Positions 32,313-43,006 are shown, counted from the first letter of the stretch. The stretch is 64,000 nucleotides of DNA from Nitrospirota bacterium (GCA_963754875.1 CAVWHO010000016.1:352001-416000), one strand, 5' to 3'. Notes: generated from the letters alone by a model not told the origin. Program-made: numbers and translations.

Positions 32313-33148
32313 CGCGTTCTCTGCCGCACCAGATGTCCGGTCATGGTAAGGATCCTTTTGCCTTCCGGAGAAAATAAAAATTCCACGAAGCGCTGCGCTG
32401 CCGGGCCGCTCCGGGGGCCGGTCACGGCGAAATAGACCTTGAAATAAGGATATGTTCCCGCAGCTAGGGAGGCGAGGCTCGGTTGTACGCCGTCCAGCGA
32501 CAGCGCGCGCAACGGCCGTTTTTCCGACACAATCTGGGCGAGCGCCGCGGCGCCGAAAGCTCCTTTCACCTTTGCCAGCAGGTCGGCGTTGTCCTGGTCC
32601 GTGATCGCCACAAGCATTCCCTCGCGCGAGAGGGCCTTTTCTACTCCCTTTTCCATGGCTGGCGACATTTCCTTGAGCAGGCGCATGTCCGTATCTTCCT
32701 CGGGTCGGATGATCAGCCGGATCGGGGCTTGATCAGGCCATACCCCTACTTCTCCGGCATAAATTGATGCCGCCTCCTGGAGTGTGATTCTCTGCACTCT
32801 TGCAGCGGCCGCAGTCACGAAAACAAAGGGCGTCCGTGCATACTCAACCTCTGAGGCGCCTTTCGCTTTCTCGCGATCCATAAGCGGGCGTGCGCTGAGT
32901 GCCAGATCAAGGGAGCCCGCAAGAACGGCCCTGATGCCTCCGCCGCTGCCGAGACTCGGGATGATTTTGATTCTCATCTCCGGATGTTTTTTCTGGAAGG
33001 CTTCTGCGACGCCTTTGATGCCGCCTAATGCGCACCCCGTTCCACCGATCGTCAGAGCGGGCGCACCTTCTGCTGCGAAAAGAACACTGACAGAAAGGAA
33101 AAAAAATACACTTGACAGAAATACGCCAGCAGCTCTGCGACTCATTTT
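32309..33148 (-). CDS. PstS-like periplasmic substrate-binding protein
   Basis: Signal peptide, IGGTG, SLGSGGGI, DLALSAR, GTYP; stop overlaps kinase start (ATGA); start codon uncertain. Confidence 0.8.
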   Translation of the reverse strand, partial: KMSRRAAGVFLSSVFFFLSVSVLFAAEGAPALTIGGTGCALGGIKGVAEAFQKKHPEMRIKIIPSLGSGGGIRAVLAGSLDLALSARPLMDREKAKGASEVEYARTPFVFVTAAAARVQRITLQEAASIYAGEVGVWPDQAPIRLIIRPEEDTDMRLLKEMSPAMEKGVEKALSREGMLVAITDQDNADLLAKVKGAFGAAALAQIVSEKRPLRALSLDGVQPSLASLAAGTYPYFKVYFAVTGPRSGPAAQRFVEFLFSPEGKRILTMTGHLVRQRTR

Positions 33149-33331
33149 CAGCAAACGAACGGTTCCGCCCTCTCTTCCGTTGACATAAAACATGCCATAT
33201 TATGACACTTTTCGTCTCAGAGTGCAATGGCCCGGCACCGGCCAAGATAGGGTCCTCTTTTCCATGATGAGGGGAGAAAATTCAAGGCAGGCTGACTGGG
33301 CTGAGCCGAGTCATATGAGCCACTATCTATA

Positions 33332-34261
33332 TTATTTTTTTACCAGCTCTTTTACGAGCTGGAAATTTTTACTTCGCTCAATTTGCTCTTCAGGCATGTC
33401 CGGATGCCATGCAAAGAGTTGTCTGCGATGCGCTTCAAGTATTTCGTCCTCCCTGCCGAGAAAACCGGCAGCGGTAACGAGCTTTTTACCGCTCTTCTCA
33501 GCTGATGCGAAGAGTTTTTGAGTCTCTTCTTTCCAATTCGGGTCCCGAACCACGTGATGGTCCATGACGAGTATTTGCACGGATGTTTTCTCGATTAAAG
33601 CGCCGATATTCGTGAGCGACGAATTGAGATCCTCGCGGGTGAACGCCTGTCCCATCATATAAGTGAGCGGCCCATCGAGGTACAGGAGGTCCGGATTTTC
33701 CGAGTGAATGAACGACACGTGCTCAGGCCTGCTTGCGCCCTGAACGTCGGAAGTATAGAGGAAACAAAAGTCGCCTTCCGAGATGGAAACCTGCACCACC
33801 CATCCGACTTTCGTGCTCGGGCCGTGGGGAACGGCAGGAGAGAAGCGGATGCGTGTGTTGCCGAAATCGAAACTCCCGTTGTCTGCGCTTTCTACCCTGC
33901 GCGGCAGCGTCCCGAAGTTCTTGGACAAGGCGCGGGCCCGTTCGCGCTGGCTGGAGTTGATCTGCTCCTTCGGATGCTTGAGGAGAAGCACCTTGTCCCT
34001 GAACACCAGGGGTTCCGTGGGGTCAAAATGATCAAAGTGGTAATGGGTTATAATGAGAATGTCCGAGCGGGCAGCGTATTCTTTGATGGCCCGCCAGCTC
34101 TCGTTCATGGCCTTGATCTCGATCGGATGGGGCGGCAGGCCGAAGCGCATTGGCGCAAGCGACACGCCCGGGTCGATCAGGATTCTCACATCAGCGGTTT
34201 CGATAAAGGTGGCGGAGCTGCGGACACCCATCGATTCGGCGGCAAGAGGAATTACCTTCAT
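33332..34261 (-). CDS. MBL-fold hydrolase, UPF0282-like
   Basis: AAESMGVRS, IDPGVSLAP, THYHFDH, PHG, SDVQG, DHH. Confidence 0.85.
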   Translation of the reverse strand: MKVIPLAAESMGVRSSATFIETADVRILIDPGVSLAPMRFGLPPHPIEIKAMNESWRAIKEYAARSDILIITHYHFDHFDPTEPLVFRDKVLLLKHPKEQINSSQRERARALSKNFGTLPRRVESADNGSFDFGNTRIRFSPAVPHGPSTKVGWVVQVSISEGDFCFLYTSDVQGASRPEHVSFIHSENPDLLYLDGPLTYMMGQAFTREDLNSSLTNIGALIEKTSVQILVMDHHVVRDPNWKEETQKLFASAEKSGKKLVTAAGFLGREDEILEAHRRQLFAWHPDMPEEQIERSKNFQLVKELVKK

Positions 34262-34995
34262 TGGAGTTTTTTGAGCAACTCAATGCTCCGCCCCATACCG
34301 TCCTCAGCAGCATCGAGTTCGAGAATCACCTTTACGTCGGGTCTGCGCAGCAGAAGGACTTTGAGCGCCTCGATCTCCCGGCAGCCCGGCACAAGCGGCC
34401 AGTGGTCCCTGATGCCGTAGCGCTCGGCGGCTTTGTGGTGCATGTGCGCGAACTGAATGCGCTCAACAAGCCGTTCGGGCATTTCACCGACGAAGGCAAT
34501 CGAATCGATGTCCGCGGACTCCAAATGGCCGATGTCGAGTGTGATCGAAACGTTCTTTGCCGACGGGACCACAAAGCGCTCCCAAAACCAGGTAACGTCG
34601 CCGGAATTAAACGAATTCTCGATCGAGACTGGGCAGAGACCGCTGATCTCGGCAAGATTTTTTTCAAAGGTCCGTTCCTCCTCCGTTGACAGCCTCTTAC
34701 CGTCGGTGCCGCCTTCGTCGTGGATAATGATGGCATGATCGCATGCGCCGGCCAGCCGGCGCATGACGTCGAGCGTATGCTGAGCGTGATCGTTGGCCAG
34801 CGGATATTCGAGCGGGTGAAACACGGTCCTGATGCCGCGGGCTTTGCATGCACCGGCGATCCCGATTGCCTCCGTGACCGCCTGCTCGCCCGCAGTCACT
34901 CCCCAATTTGCCGCGCGCCAGAGAGAAATCTGCGCAAACCGGAGCGGCTGCGTCCCGACATCAGCGGGACGTACTATGCGATAGCCGATTTCCAT
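34258..34995 (-). CDS. Xylose-isomerase-like TIM-barrel protein
   Basis: IEN, LDIGH, HMH, DH, LE metal-binding pattern. Confidence 0.7.
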   Translation of the reverse strand: MEIGYRIVRPADVGTQPLRFAQISLWRAANWGVTAGEQAVTEAIGIAGACKARGIRTVFHPLEYPLANDHAQHTLDVMRRLAGACDHAIIIHDEGGTDGKRLSTEEERTFEKNLAEISGLCPVSIENSFNSGDVTWFWERFVVPSAKNVSITLDIGHLESADIDSIAFVGEMPERLVERIQFAHMHHKAAERYGIRDHWPLVPGCREIEALKVLLLRRPDVKVILELDAAEDGMGRSIELLKKLQ

Positions 34996-35034
34996 ATTTC
35001 AACCTGCGGAACCTTCCCATTCCAAAGCCACAAG

Positions 35035-36675
35035 TTATTTCAAGCTTACACCATCTCCGACCCTGATCCCCGATCCCGCTGCTGTTTCAACTACCCATTG
35101 AATCGGAGCAATGGAAGGATAATACTCCAAGCTCCCCGGTTTGCAGTCTGGATATACACTCAGCACTTTTTTGTTCGGCCCGACAAAGATAATATCGATC
35201 GGGTAGGCGACGCTCCCCATCCAGAACGTCACTGCTTCGGGTTTTGGAAATACGAAGAGCGCCGCCTCATCGGGTTTCAACAGGCGGAAGCCCTGCAGTC
35301 CCCTCGTGCGTGCATCGTCGGTATTACAGAAAAGCACGATTCGATACGTCCGCGGGGCTGTATGATCGCCCCGAGTAATGGTCACCCCCGTCAATGAAGT
35401 CTGTTTCTCGGCAGCGAACGACTCCGCGCCGTGTGCAAATTTCACTTCGACGGCGAGGATCAGGATCCCGATCGCGATGGTGATCATCGTTATCAGCGCG
35501 CCGACCCGGAGATATTCCATGAACCTGATCTCGACGGTCCGCTTGGCCTGCTGGACCACGATGAGATTGGCGACCGAACCGATGAGCGTCAGGTTCCCGG
35601 CCAGCGTGCTGCTCATAGCGAGAGTAAGCCAGGCTATCCTGCTGTCGCCGAGCGATTGCGTGAGCGGCTTGAGGAGCATCACCGCAGGCACGTTGCTCAC
35701 CACGTTTGATAGGACAGTCGAAACAGCCGACAGGCCGGCGATCCGGCCGATGGGTGAAAGAGTCGTAAGGTCACCGACACTGTTGATCATAAATGCCGCA
35801 ATGCCGGAGCTCTCGACGCCGCGCATGACGATGAAGAGGCCGGAGAAGAACAGCAGCAGGGTCCAGTCCACGCCTTCGAGGACCGTCTCCGTCCTCACCC
35901 GTCCGATCAGCATGAGGGCCACGGCGCCCGATGCTGCAACGAGTGAATAGGGCTGTCCCAGCGAAAAACCGATGAGTACGCCTGCGCATACGATGAGCGT
36001 TTTGACAAGAAGCGGCTTCCGGACCTCATATTCCGGCGTGGCGGGCCTTGAAGAAAATCTATCCGCCCTCATCTCTTTTTTGTAGAGGAGCCAGATAACA
36101 GAGACGGAGACCATGAGTCCGAGGGCCGCTACCGGAAAAAGCGCCCCGAGAAACGAGAGGTAGGGGATCTTGGAAGAAATGCCGATCAGCATATTCTGCG
36201 GATTGCCGGTCACGGTCATGACGCTCCCGATGTTGGAGGCCGTTGCCAGCGCAAGCAGATAGGGCATGGGATTCACATTGAGCTGGACGGTTATCGCCAG
36301 AATGATGGGAGTATAGAGCAGGCAGATCGTGTCGTTCACGAACAGGGCGGAGAGCAGGCCCGACGACAGTGTGATAAAAATGAGGAGTTGGAGCGGAGTT
36401 TTTGAGAGCGAGAGGATCTTATCTGCCATAAGCTCGAAAAACCCTGCAATGCGGAGATACACGGTGATGATCATCATCCCGAGCAGGAGCAGAAGCGTAT
36501 GCATGTCGATGGCGGAAAAGGCCTGGTCGAGGGTTAGCACGCCGAAGACGACCATAAGCACGGCCCCCACAAGGGCGCCCGCGGGACGGTCAATGTGCAC
36601 CTGCGGGATCTGCCTGAGGCCGATAAAAATGTAGGTGATAATGAAGATAACGAGCGCGGCAATCACGGAAGGCAC
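35035..36675 (-). CDS. ArsB/NhaD-type anion permease fused to C-terminal DUF192 domain
   Basis: SALFVND, GNPQN, SNVPA, STLAGN, GSVAN; then RTRGL..LFVF...FWM..V.YPIDIIF. Confidence 0.88.
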   Translation of the reverse strand: MPSVIAALVIFIITYIFIGLRQIPQVHIDRPAGALVGAVLMVVFGVLTLDQAFSAIDMHTLLLLLGMMIITVYLRIAGFFELMADKILSLSKTPLQLLIFITLSSGLLSALFVNDTICLLYTPIILAITVQLNVNPMPYLLALATASNIGSVMTVTGNPQNMLIGISSKIPYLSFLGALFPVAALGLMVSVSVIWLLYKKEMRADRFSSRPATPEYEVRKPLLVKTLIVCAGVLIGFSLGQPYSLVAASGAVALMLIGRVRTETVLEGVDWTLLLFFSGLFIVMRGVESSGIAAFMINSVGDLTTLSPIGRIAGLSAVSTVLSNVVSNVPAVMLLKPLTQSLGDSRIAWLTLAMSSTLAGNLTLIGSVANLIVVQQAKRTVEIRFMEYLRVGALITMITIAIGILILAVEVKFAHGAESFAAEKQTSLTGVTITRGDHTAPRTYRIVLFCNTDDARTRGLQGFRLLKPDEAALFVFPKPEAVTFWMGSVAYPIDIIFVGPNKKVLSVYPDCKPGSLEYYPSIAPIQWVVETAAGSGIRVGDGVSLK

Positions 36676-36835
36676 TTTAACATGAATGCGAGGGTAAATT
36701 CAAGCATGGGGAAGAATCAGGTTCTCACCCGAGACCCTTTTCTTACGGCGAAGTAGACAACGTGCCTTTCCCGCGCACGCCTCGGCTCATTTTTTACTCC
36801 ACCGTTTATAGTATCAGGTTATTGGCCGGTGGTAT

Positions 36836-38047
36836 CTACTTCTTCTCCTGCTGATCCATCTTCGCCTTCAGGATATCCCCGAGTGATCCCATATTCGTCG
36901 GCGCGTCCTTTGCCTGATCCTGGTATTCTTTCAACGACGTAGCCGCCTCTTCTTCCGCACGGCTGATCTCGGCCAGGGAGAGAGAAAGTTTTCTCTGGGC
37001 CGCATCAACGGCCTCCACTTTTACTTCAACGGTCTGTCCTTCTTTGACCACTTCCTTCGGGTGGTTGATCCTTTTGCCGGCCCCTAGTTTCGAAATATGA
37101 ATAAGCCCGTCCACACCCTCCTTGAGCGTAACGAATGCGCCGAATGCGGCAAGCCGCGATACAATGCCGGAATGATAAGAGCCAATCGCGAACGTGTCTG
37201 CAACCCGTTCCCACGGGTCAGGCATCGCGTCCTTGAGGCTGAACGAGAAGCGGTTCTGTTCCCAATCGAGTTTCTTGATGATCACTTCGACCGTCTGGCC
37301 CACGGAAAGGATGTCGCCCACCTTCTCGGTCCTCGTCCAGGCGATCTCGGAGATGGGCAGCAGTCCTTCAATGCCGCCGATATTGACGAAGGCGCCGAAT
37401 TTCTGGAGGGACGTGACGGTCCCCTTTACCTTCATTCCCTCTTTCAGGGTTAGCTTCAATTCGTCTACTTTGCCCTGCCGTTCTTTTTCCAGAATCGGTC
37501 TCCGGGACACGACGATGTTCCGTCCATTTTCGGCGAATTCAATGATCTTGAACGTCAGGGAGCGGCCGATGTTCTCGGACGGCTGTTCCTCCCGCCGCAA
37601 GCCCATCTGGGAATAGGGGCAGAAGGCGCGCACGCTGCCGCCGATCCTGATCTCGTATCCGCCCTTCATTTCTTTTACCACCGTACCGTCCACGGGGATC
37701 CCGTTCTTCCAGGCGTCTTCAAGCTGGCTCTGTTTGCCCGGACCTGATCCGACCTTGGTCGTAAAATGCATTTCGTTATTTCCTGAGGACACGAAGTAGG
37801 CACGGACCGTATCGCCTTCCTTGACCGTGAGCTCCCCTGCATCGTTCACCATTTCCTTCTTGTCCAGATAGCCCTCACCCTTGCCGCCGAGATCGAGGAA
37901 AATCCATTCATTAGATATCTTCACGATCTGCGCTTCAACCATCTGGCCAGGTTCGAGCTTTTCCTGCTTTTTAAAGCTCTTCTCAAAAAGCTCGGCAAAA
38001 CTTTCTTCGTTGTTTGCATCCGGTGCTGCTTGATTGTTAGTATTCAT
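36836..38047 (-). CDS. rpsA: 30S ribosomal protein S1-like (four S1 domains)
   Basis: ESFAELFE, AFCPYSQ, FGAFV..GLLPISE, FGAFV...DGLIHIS, MGSLGDIL. Confidence 0.85.
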   Translation of the reverse strand: MNTNNQAAPDANNEESFAELFEKSFKKQEKLEPGQMVEAQIVKISNEWIFLDLGGKGEGYLDKKEMVNDAGELTVKEGDTVRAYFVSSGNNEMHFTTKVGSGPGKQSQLEDAWKNGIPVDGTVVKEMKGGYEIRIGGSVRAFCPYSQMGLRREEQPSENIGRSLTFKIIEFAENGRNIVVSRRPILEKERQGKVDELKLTLKEGMKVKGTVTSLQKFGAFVNIGGIEGLLPISEIAWTRTEKVGDILSVGQTVEVIIKKLDWEQNRFSFSLKDAMPDPWERVADTFAIGSYHSGIVSRLAAFGAFVTLKEGVDGLIHISKLGAGKRINHPKEVVKEGQTVEVKVEAVDAAQRKLSLSLAEISRAEEEAATSLKEYQDQAKDAPTNMGSLGDILKAKMDQQEKK

Positions 38048-38102
38048 AAAGTCCCTTTCAATAAATAGGTAATAATCCCAGATAGACACGGGGGCAAGGT
38101 CT

Positions 38103-39497
38103 TCACCTGGACTTTCTTTTCATTTTATCCGTGCTAATGATCTTTTTTCTTTCCGACCTGTGTGCGTGCTCTGTGGCGACCGTTCCTGTTGTTCCCATCA
38201 GATCATACTCCGTTGCATCGGTGATCACGATGTCAACGAACTCTCCGGGCTCTGCTTCAGTCTCGGACAAATATACCATACCATCGATCTCCGGCGCCTG
38301 CGTCTGGAGCCTGCCGACGAGCGCCATGTCCTCCATACCGTCAACGAGGATACGCTGGGTCGAGCCGACGAGCGCGCGGTTCTTCTGGAGCGAAATCTTT
38401 GCCTGCACTTTCATGATCCTGGTGTACCTGTCCATGGCTGCCTCACGAGGCACGGTAGAGGGAAAATCGTAAGCAGCGGTCCCTTCTTCCGGGGAAAAAG
38501 TGAAGACGCCCAAATGTTCGAATTCCGCTTCTTTCACGAACGCGAGAAGCCGTTTGAACGCCGCTTCGGTCTCGCCCGGAAAACCCACAATGAGCGACGT
38601 GCGGAGCGCGATGCCGGGCACCCGTTTCCTCAGCTGCGCGATGGTCTTCCTGATGTCCTCCGACGTCCCGCGGCGGTTCATGGCCGCGAGCACTTTGTCA
38701 TCAAAATGCTGGATCGGGATATCGAGGTACTTGCAGATCTTCTCCTCCTCGGCCAGCACCGTCATCAGTTCTTTGCTGATCCTGCCGGGATAAGCGTACA
38801 TGAGCCGCACCCACCCGATGCCCCGCATACGGGCCAGCGAGGTGAGGAGCCTGGAGAGATCCCTCCCCTTGTCGTAATATGCTGTCGAATCCTGGGCCAG
38901 GAGGATCAGCTCCTTCGCGCCTTCATCCGCGAGCCGGCGCGCCTCATCGAGGATCGAGGCAGCAGGCCTGCTCGTGAAATTCCCGCGGATGATCGGGATG
39001 GCGCAATAGGAGCAGCGGTTGCTGCACCCCTCGGCGATTTTGAGGTACCGGTAATGCGCCGGCGTGGTGCTCACCCGGGGCAGGCCGTAGACCATCGTGG
39101 GCGCCGACATTTCGAGAACGTGTTCTTTCCCGCCAAGCGCCTGTTTGCAGATCTCGCTGATACGGCCGATCTCGCCCGTCCCGATAACAGCATCGGCCTC
39201 GGGGAGCTCCTGCAGCAGGTCTTCCTTGTATCGCTGTGCAAGGCAGCCGGCAATGATCACTTTGGAGCAGCGGCCCTGCGTCTTCATCTTCGCTGCATCA
39301 AGAATCGCTTCGATGGACTCTTCCTTGGCCGAATCGATGAACCCGCAGGTGTTCACCACGATGACGTCTGCTTCGTGCTGGTCAGGCGTGAGTTCAAAAC
39401 CCGAGCCTGCGAGCACGCCGAGCATCTGCTCGGCATCCACCTGGTTCTTGGGACACCCCAGGCTTATCATTCCTATTTTGTATCGCTTTTGAGTCAC
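38103..39497 (-). CDS. rimO: Ribosomal protein S12 methylthiotransferase
   Basis: SLGCPKN, NTCGFI, KIAEGC..RCSYCAIP, QAPEIDG. Confidence 0.95.
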   Translation of the reverse strand: MTQKRYKIGMISLGCPKNQVDAEQMLGVLAGSGFELTPDQHEADVIVVNTCGFIDSAKEESIEAILDAAKMKTQGRCSKVIIAGCLAQRYKEDLLQELPEADAVIGTGEIGRISEICKQALGGKEHVLEMSAPTMVYGLPRVSTTPAHYRYLKIAEGCSNRCSYCAIPIIRGNFTSRPAASILDEARRLADEGAKELILLAQDSTAYYDKGRDLSRLLTSLARMRGIGWVRLMYAYPGRISKELMTVLAEEEKICKYLDIPIQHFDDKVLAAMNRRGTSEDIRKTIAQLRKRVPGIALRTSLIVGFPGETEAAFKRLLAFVKEAEFEHLGVFTFSPEEGTAAYDFPSTVPREAAMDRYTRIMKVQAKISLQKNRALVGSTQRILVDGMEDMALVGRLQTQAPEIDGMVYLSETEAEPGEFVDIVITDATEYDLMGTTGTVATEHAHRSERKKIISTDKMKRKSR

Positions 39498-39607
39498 TGG
39501 TTTTATCGTGGAATAAACGTCCGCGCAGGAAGTGAACGAAAACGGCAGGCACATGGGCTGCAGGAACACTATACCACATCGGATTGCTTACAAACAACGA
39601 AAAACAG

Positions 39608-40066
39608 CTAAAACCCGCCGGACATGGCAAGGAAGCCCGCCATCTTCTCATTCGTCTCCCGCAAACGCTTTGAAAGCGTTTTCGTAAACGCCCAGAGGAG
39701 CTTGTAGCCGAGTTCCCGGTCCATGATCAGGATCTTGTCCAGGTCGGTCTTGCTGATGGCAAGGAGCGCGACGTCGGTATTGGCGATGGCATGGGCCGAA
39801 CGCGGGAAATTGTCGATCAACGCCATCTCGCCGAAGTAATCACCCGGCTTCAAAACGGCGAGCGCTTCTTCTCCGATATTCGGTATGAACTTACTGATCC
39901 GCACATCGCCGTTCGTGATCACATAACAGCGATCGCCCGGATCTCCTTCCTTAAAGATCGGGGTATCCTTGGCAAAGGCCTCGATGCGGGAGATCTTCTC
40001 GATCTTCTCCAGCTCATTGACCGAGAGCGCGTCGAACAGATTGACTTTTTTGAGAAATTCAAGCAT
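39608..40066 (-). CDS. Stand-alone cyclic nucleotide-binding domain protein
   Basis: IFKEGDPGD, FGEMALID..PRSA; no HTH; SD GAGGGAGG. Confidence 0.9.
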   Translation of the reverse strand: MLEFLKKVNLFDALSVNELEKIEKISRIEAFAKDTPIFKEGDPGDRCYVITNGDVRISKFIPNIGEEALAVLKPGDYFGEMALIDNFPRSAHAIANTDVALLAISKTDLDKILIMDRELGYKLLWAFTKTLSKRLRETNEKMAGFLAMSGGF

Positions 40067-40076
40067 GCTGCCTCCC

Positions 40077-40451
40077 TCACACGTGCGTACGGTCCATCTC
40101 GAAGGCGTTCTGGATGAGTTCAAGCTCTTTTTCAGCGGCAGCGCTGATCGCCACCACATCGAACCGGCAGGGGACCTGGTGGAGCTTTTTGTGCTTAATG
40201 TAGCCGAGGGCGGCCTTGACCATTCTCCGCTGTTTGGACGGTGTGACCGCCAGTTCCGGCGCGCCGAAGGCGTTGTTCGTCCTGGTCTTGACCTCCACGA
40301 ACACGACCTCACCCTGGTGCAGGGCAATGAGGTCGATCTCGCCGCTGCGGGTCCGGTAGTTCCGCTCCAGGATCTTGTATCCCTGCTTCAACAAAAATTG
40401 CGCGGCCCGGTCTTCGCCTTCTTTGCCGATAAGTTTTCGGAGGAGGCTCAT
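40077..40451 (-). CDS. yraN: YraN family (UPF0102) protein
   Basis: GEIDLIA, FVEVKTR, RFDVV. Confidence 0.93.
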   Translation of the reverse strand: MSLLRKLIGKEGEDRAAQFLLKQGYKILERNYRTRSGEIDLIALHQGEVVFVEVKTRTNNAFGAPELAVTPSKQRRMVKAALGYIKHKKLHQVPCRFDVVAISAAAEKELELIQNAFEMDRTHV

Positions 40452-41140
40452 GGTCGGTCTCTTCCGAGCATCCGGGCCACGGGATTGAACGACTTCCGGT
40501 GTGCGTCGCAGGGCCCATGCTTGCGGAGCGCATCGAGATGTTCCCGGGTCCCATATCCTTTATGTTTCCCGAAATTGTACTGGGGATACCGGTCATGCAA
40601 CTCAAGCATCATCCGGTCCCGCGTAACCTTGGCGAGGATCGAAGCCGCCGCGATGCTGTGACTGCGGTAATCGCCTTTGATCAGTGGTTTCTGGGGAATC
40701 GGGACGCGTGGAAGAGTGATCGCATCAAGGAGAAGGTAGTCCGGTTGCGGATGGAGCGCTTCGAGCGCCCGCTCCATGGCAACGATCGTGGCCTGGTAGA
40801 TATTGACATCGTCAATGGTCCGTTCGTCGGCAATTCCAATGCCGTAGCATACTGCCTGCTCACGGACCACGTCGAAAAGCCTGTCCCGTTCCTTTTCGGA
40901 AACCTGCTTGGAGTCAGTAAGGCCGGGGATCAGCAGCCCGTCGGGAAGCACCACTGCAGCGGCAACGACAGGCCCGGCCAGCGGTCCCCTTCCCGCCTCG
41001 TCAAGGCCGGCGATACGGGCGTATCCTGCTTTGCGTGCGCTCCGCTCGAAAGACCAGGGATCGCATACCAGCTCGCCGTGGAAAAGATCGTCGTTCCGGT
41101 CTGGAGGAGAATTCCCGGTGCGGGGCCGGCCACGAGGCAT
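40448..41140 (-). CDS. rnhB: Ribonuclease HII
   Basis: GLDEAGRGPLAGPV, DSK, AASILAKV.RD, KGYGT. Confidence 0.96.
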   Translation of the reverse strand: MPRGRPRTGNSPPDRNDDLFHGELVCDPWSFERSARKAGYARIAGLDEAGRGPLAGPVVAAAVVLPDGLLIPGLTDSKQVSEKERDRLFDVVREQAVCYGIGIADERTIDDVNIYQATIVAMERALEALHPQPDYLLLDAITLPRVPIPQKPLIKGDYRSHSIAAASILAKVTRDRMMLELHDRYPQYNFGKHKGYGTREHLDALRKHGPCDAHRKSFNPVARMLGRDRP

Positions 41141-41177
41141 AAAGACCTCTTTCGAAGGGTATGCGAATTTACAAATA

Positions 41178-41245
41178 CGAAATCCTAAACAGGGACGGTT
41201 TCAACCGCACCCATGTTTAGGATTTCGAGATTCGTGCTTCGAGCT
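41178..41245. repeat. Heptamer-type hairpin repeat between rplS and rnhB
   Basis: 14-bp perfect stem CGAAATCCTAAACA/TGTTTAGGATTTCG followed by AGATTCG TGCTTCG. Confidence 0.7.
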
Positions 41246-41251
41246 TGAAGA

Positions 41252-41647
41252 CTACTTCTGCTCTGCGGCTTCGGGCTCAGTTGCTCCCGCCACCGCTGCG
41301 TATACGCGCTCTTTTTCCTTGATCCTGGCGGCCTTGCCGCGCAGCTCACGGAGGAAGTAAAGCTTGGCCCTGCGGACCTTGCCTTCCTTGGCGATCTCGA
41401 TCTTGTCGATCATCGGGGAATGGACCGGGAAGAGCCGCTCGACTCCTACGCCGTAGGACAGTTTACGGACGCGGATGATCTCGCGGGCGCCAGCACCCTG
41501 ACGGCCGATGACCAGCCCCTCGAATACCTGGATCCTTTCCTTGTCGCCTTCCACAACCTTGGCATGAACGCGGATGGTGTCACCCACGCGGAAGCTCGGT
41601 ATCCCTTCTTTCAACTGGGCCTTTTCCAAAGACTGAACGATATTCAT
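41252..41647 (-). CDS. rplS: 50S ribosomal protein L19
   Basis: [27 protein letters not shown]. Confidence 0.98.
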   Translation of the reverse strand: MNIVQSLEKAQLKEGIPSFRVGDTIRVHAKVVEGDKERIQVFEGLVIGRQGAGAREIIRVRKLSYGVGVERLFPVHSPMIDKIEIAKEGKVRRAKLYFLRELRGKAARIKEKERVYAAVAGATEPEAAEQK

Positions 41648-41714
41648 TGCAACCCTCCCTTAAACGATCATTGCGGCATGCGCATCTCAGATGTATGCCG
41701 TCCCGCATTCTGCC

Positions 41715-42502
41715 TTACTTAGTATGTATCCGCCTCTTTTTTCAGTTCAGCCAGTATTTTTCGATCTTCCTTGCGTCAGATCCGCACTTTCCAGAAGATC
41801 CGGTCTTTTCAAGAACGTGGCCTTGAGCGCTTCGCGCCGCCGCCATTTATCGATTTCCGCATGATTGCCCGAGAGCAACACGTCCGGGACCTTCATCCCG
41901 CGGAACTCAGCCGGCCTTGTATAGTGCGGGTGATCGAGAAGACCGTCACCGAAGGAATCGCGGTATGCCGATTCTTCATCGCCGAGCACTCCCGGCAGGA
42001 GCCTCGTCGCTGCATCGATCACCACGAGGGCAGCCAGCTCTCCGCCTGTCAGCACATAATCGCCGATCGACAGCTCTTCATCGACCAGCGCGTCGATGAC
42101 ACGCTCGTCGATTGCCTCATAGTGGCCGCAGAGCAGAACGATCCGTCGTTTTTCTTCGGAAAGCCGCTCCGCCCTTTGCTGGTTCAGGACCCTGCCTTGG
42201 GGCGAGAGCAGGATCGTCAGAAATTGTTCACCGGGATACGCAATCTTCATCGCTTCGAAGGCCTTGAAGATCGGCTCCGGTTTAAGTACCATGCCGGCGC
42301 CGCCGCCATAAGGGCTGTCGTCAGCGGTCTTATGCTTGTCTTCGGTAAAGTCCCGAATGTCCCTGATAGTTACGTTCAGAAGTCCTTTTTCCCGCCCCCG
42401 TTTGAGGATACTTTCGTTCAGCGGTCCCTCAAGGATTCCCGGGAACAGGGTGAGCACCTCAAAGTTCAATCTGCGCATGGCCGGAACCGGTTCTTGCTTC
42501 AT
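41715..42502 (-). CDS. trmD: tRNA (guanine-N1)-methyltransferase
   Basis: DDSPYGGGAGMVL, SPQG, SIGDYVLTGGE, YTRP; extra base near 41771 truncates called ORF at 41747. Confidence 0.95.
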
Positions 42503-43006
42503 TCTATCAGGCCGTCGATCAGATGAATGATCATCCGCTTTTCTTTCCGGTCGACCTGTTTGATCACCTCACGCGTTGCAGGAACATATACCTCTTTCCT
42601 GCCGCGTTTTACAACGTAGACGTCGTTACTGCCGGTTTCAAAGATGTCCACGATCGATCCGAGTTTTTCGCCGCTTTCGGTAACGACCTCCATGCCCATG
42701 AGCTCGAACCAGTAGTACGTGCCTTCAGGCAGGGAAACGGCCTCTTCTGCGGGGACCTTCAGGAACCATCCATTGAGCGCTTTGGCCTTCTCCGGCGTAT
42801 CGAAAGCCGTCGAACCGTATGTACGGAGCACCGCCTGCATAGCGAACCGTTTGTATTTCGCAGACGGTTTCTTTCCCTGCCGGTGAGACGAGATGAACGC
42901 TTTTGAGCCCCGTAAACCGCTCAGGAAAGTCCGTCATGGGTTCGATTTTCAGCTCACCCTTGACACCGAAAGGTTTTACTATCCTGCCGATGATGATGAG
43001 CATCAA
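42499..43006 (-). CDS. rimM: 16S rRNA processing protein (frameshift near 42805)
   Basis: IGRIVKPFGVKGE + YYWFEL.G, ETGSNDVYVV in two frames. Confidence 0.93.

Noticed and set aside
39608..40327. N-terminally extended cNMP protein overlapping yraN
   Set aside because: A strong SD precedes ATG 40066; the extension is an alternative frame of yraN.
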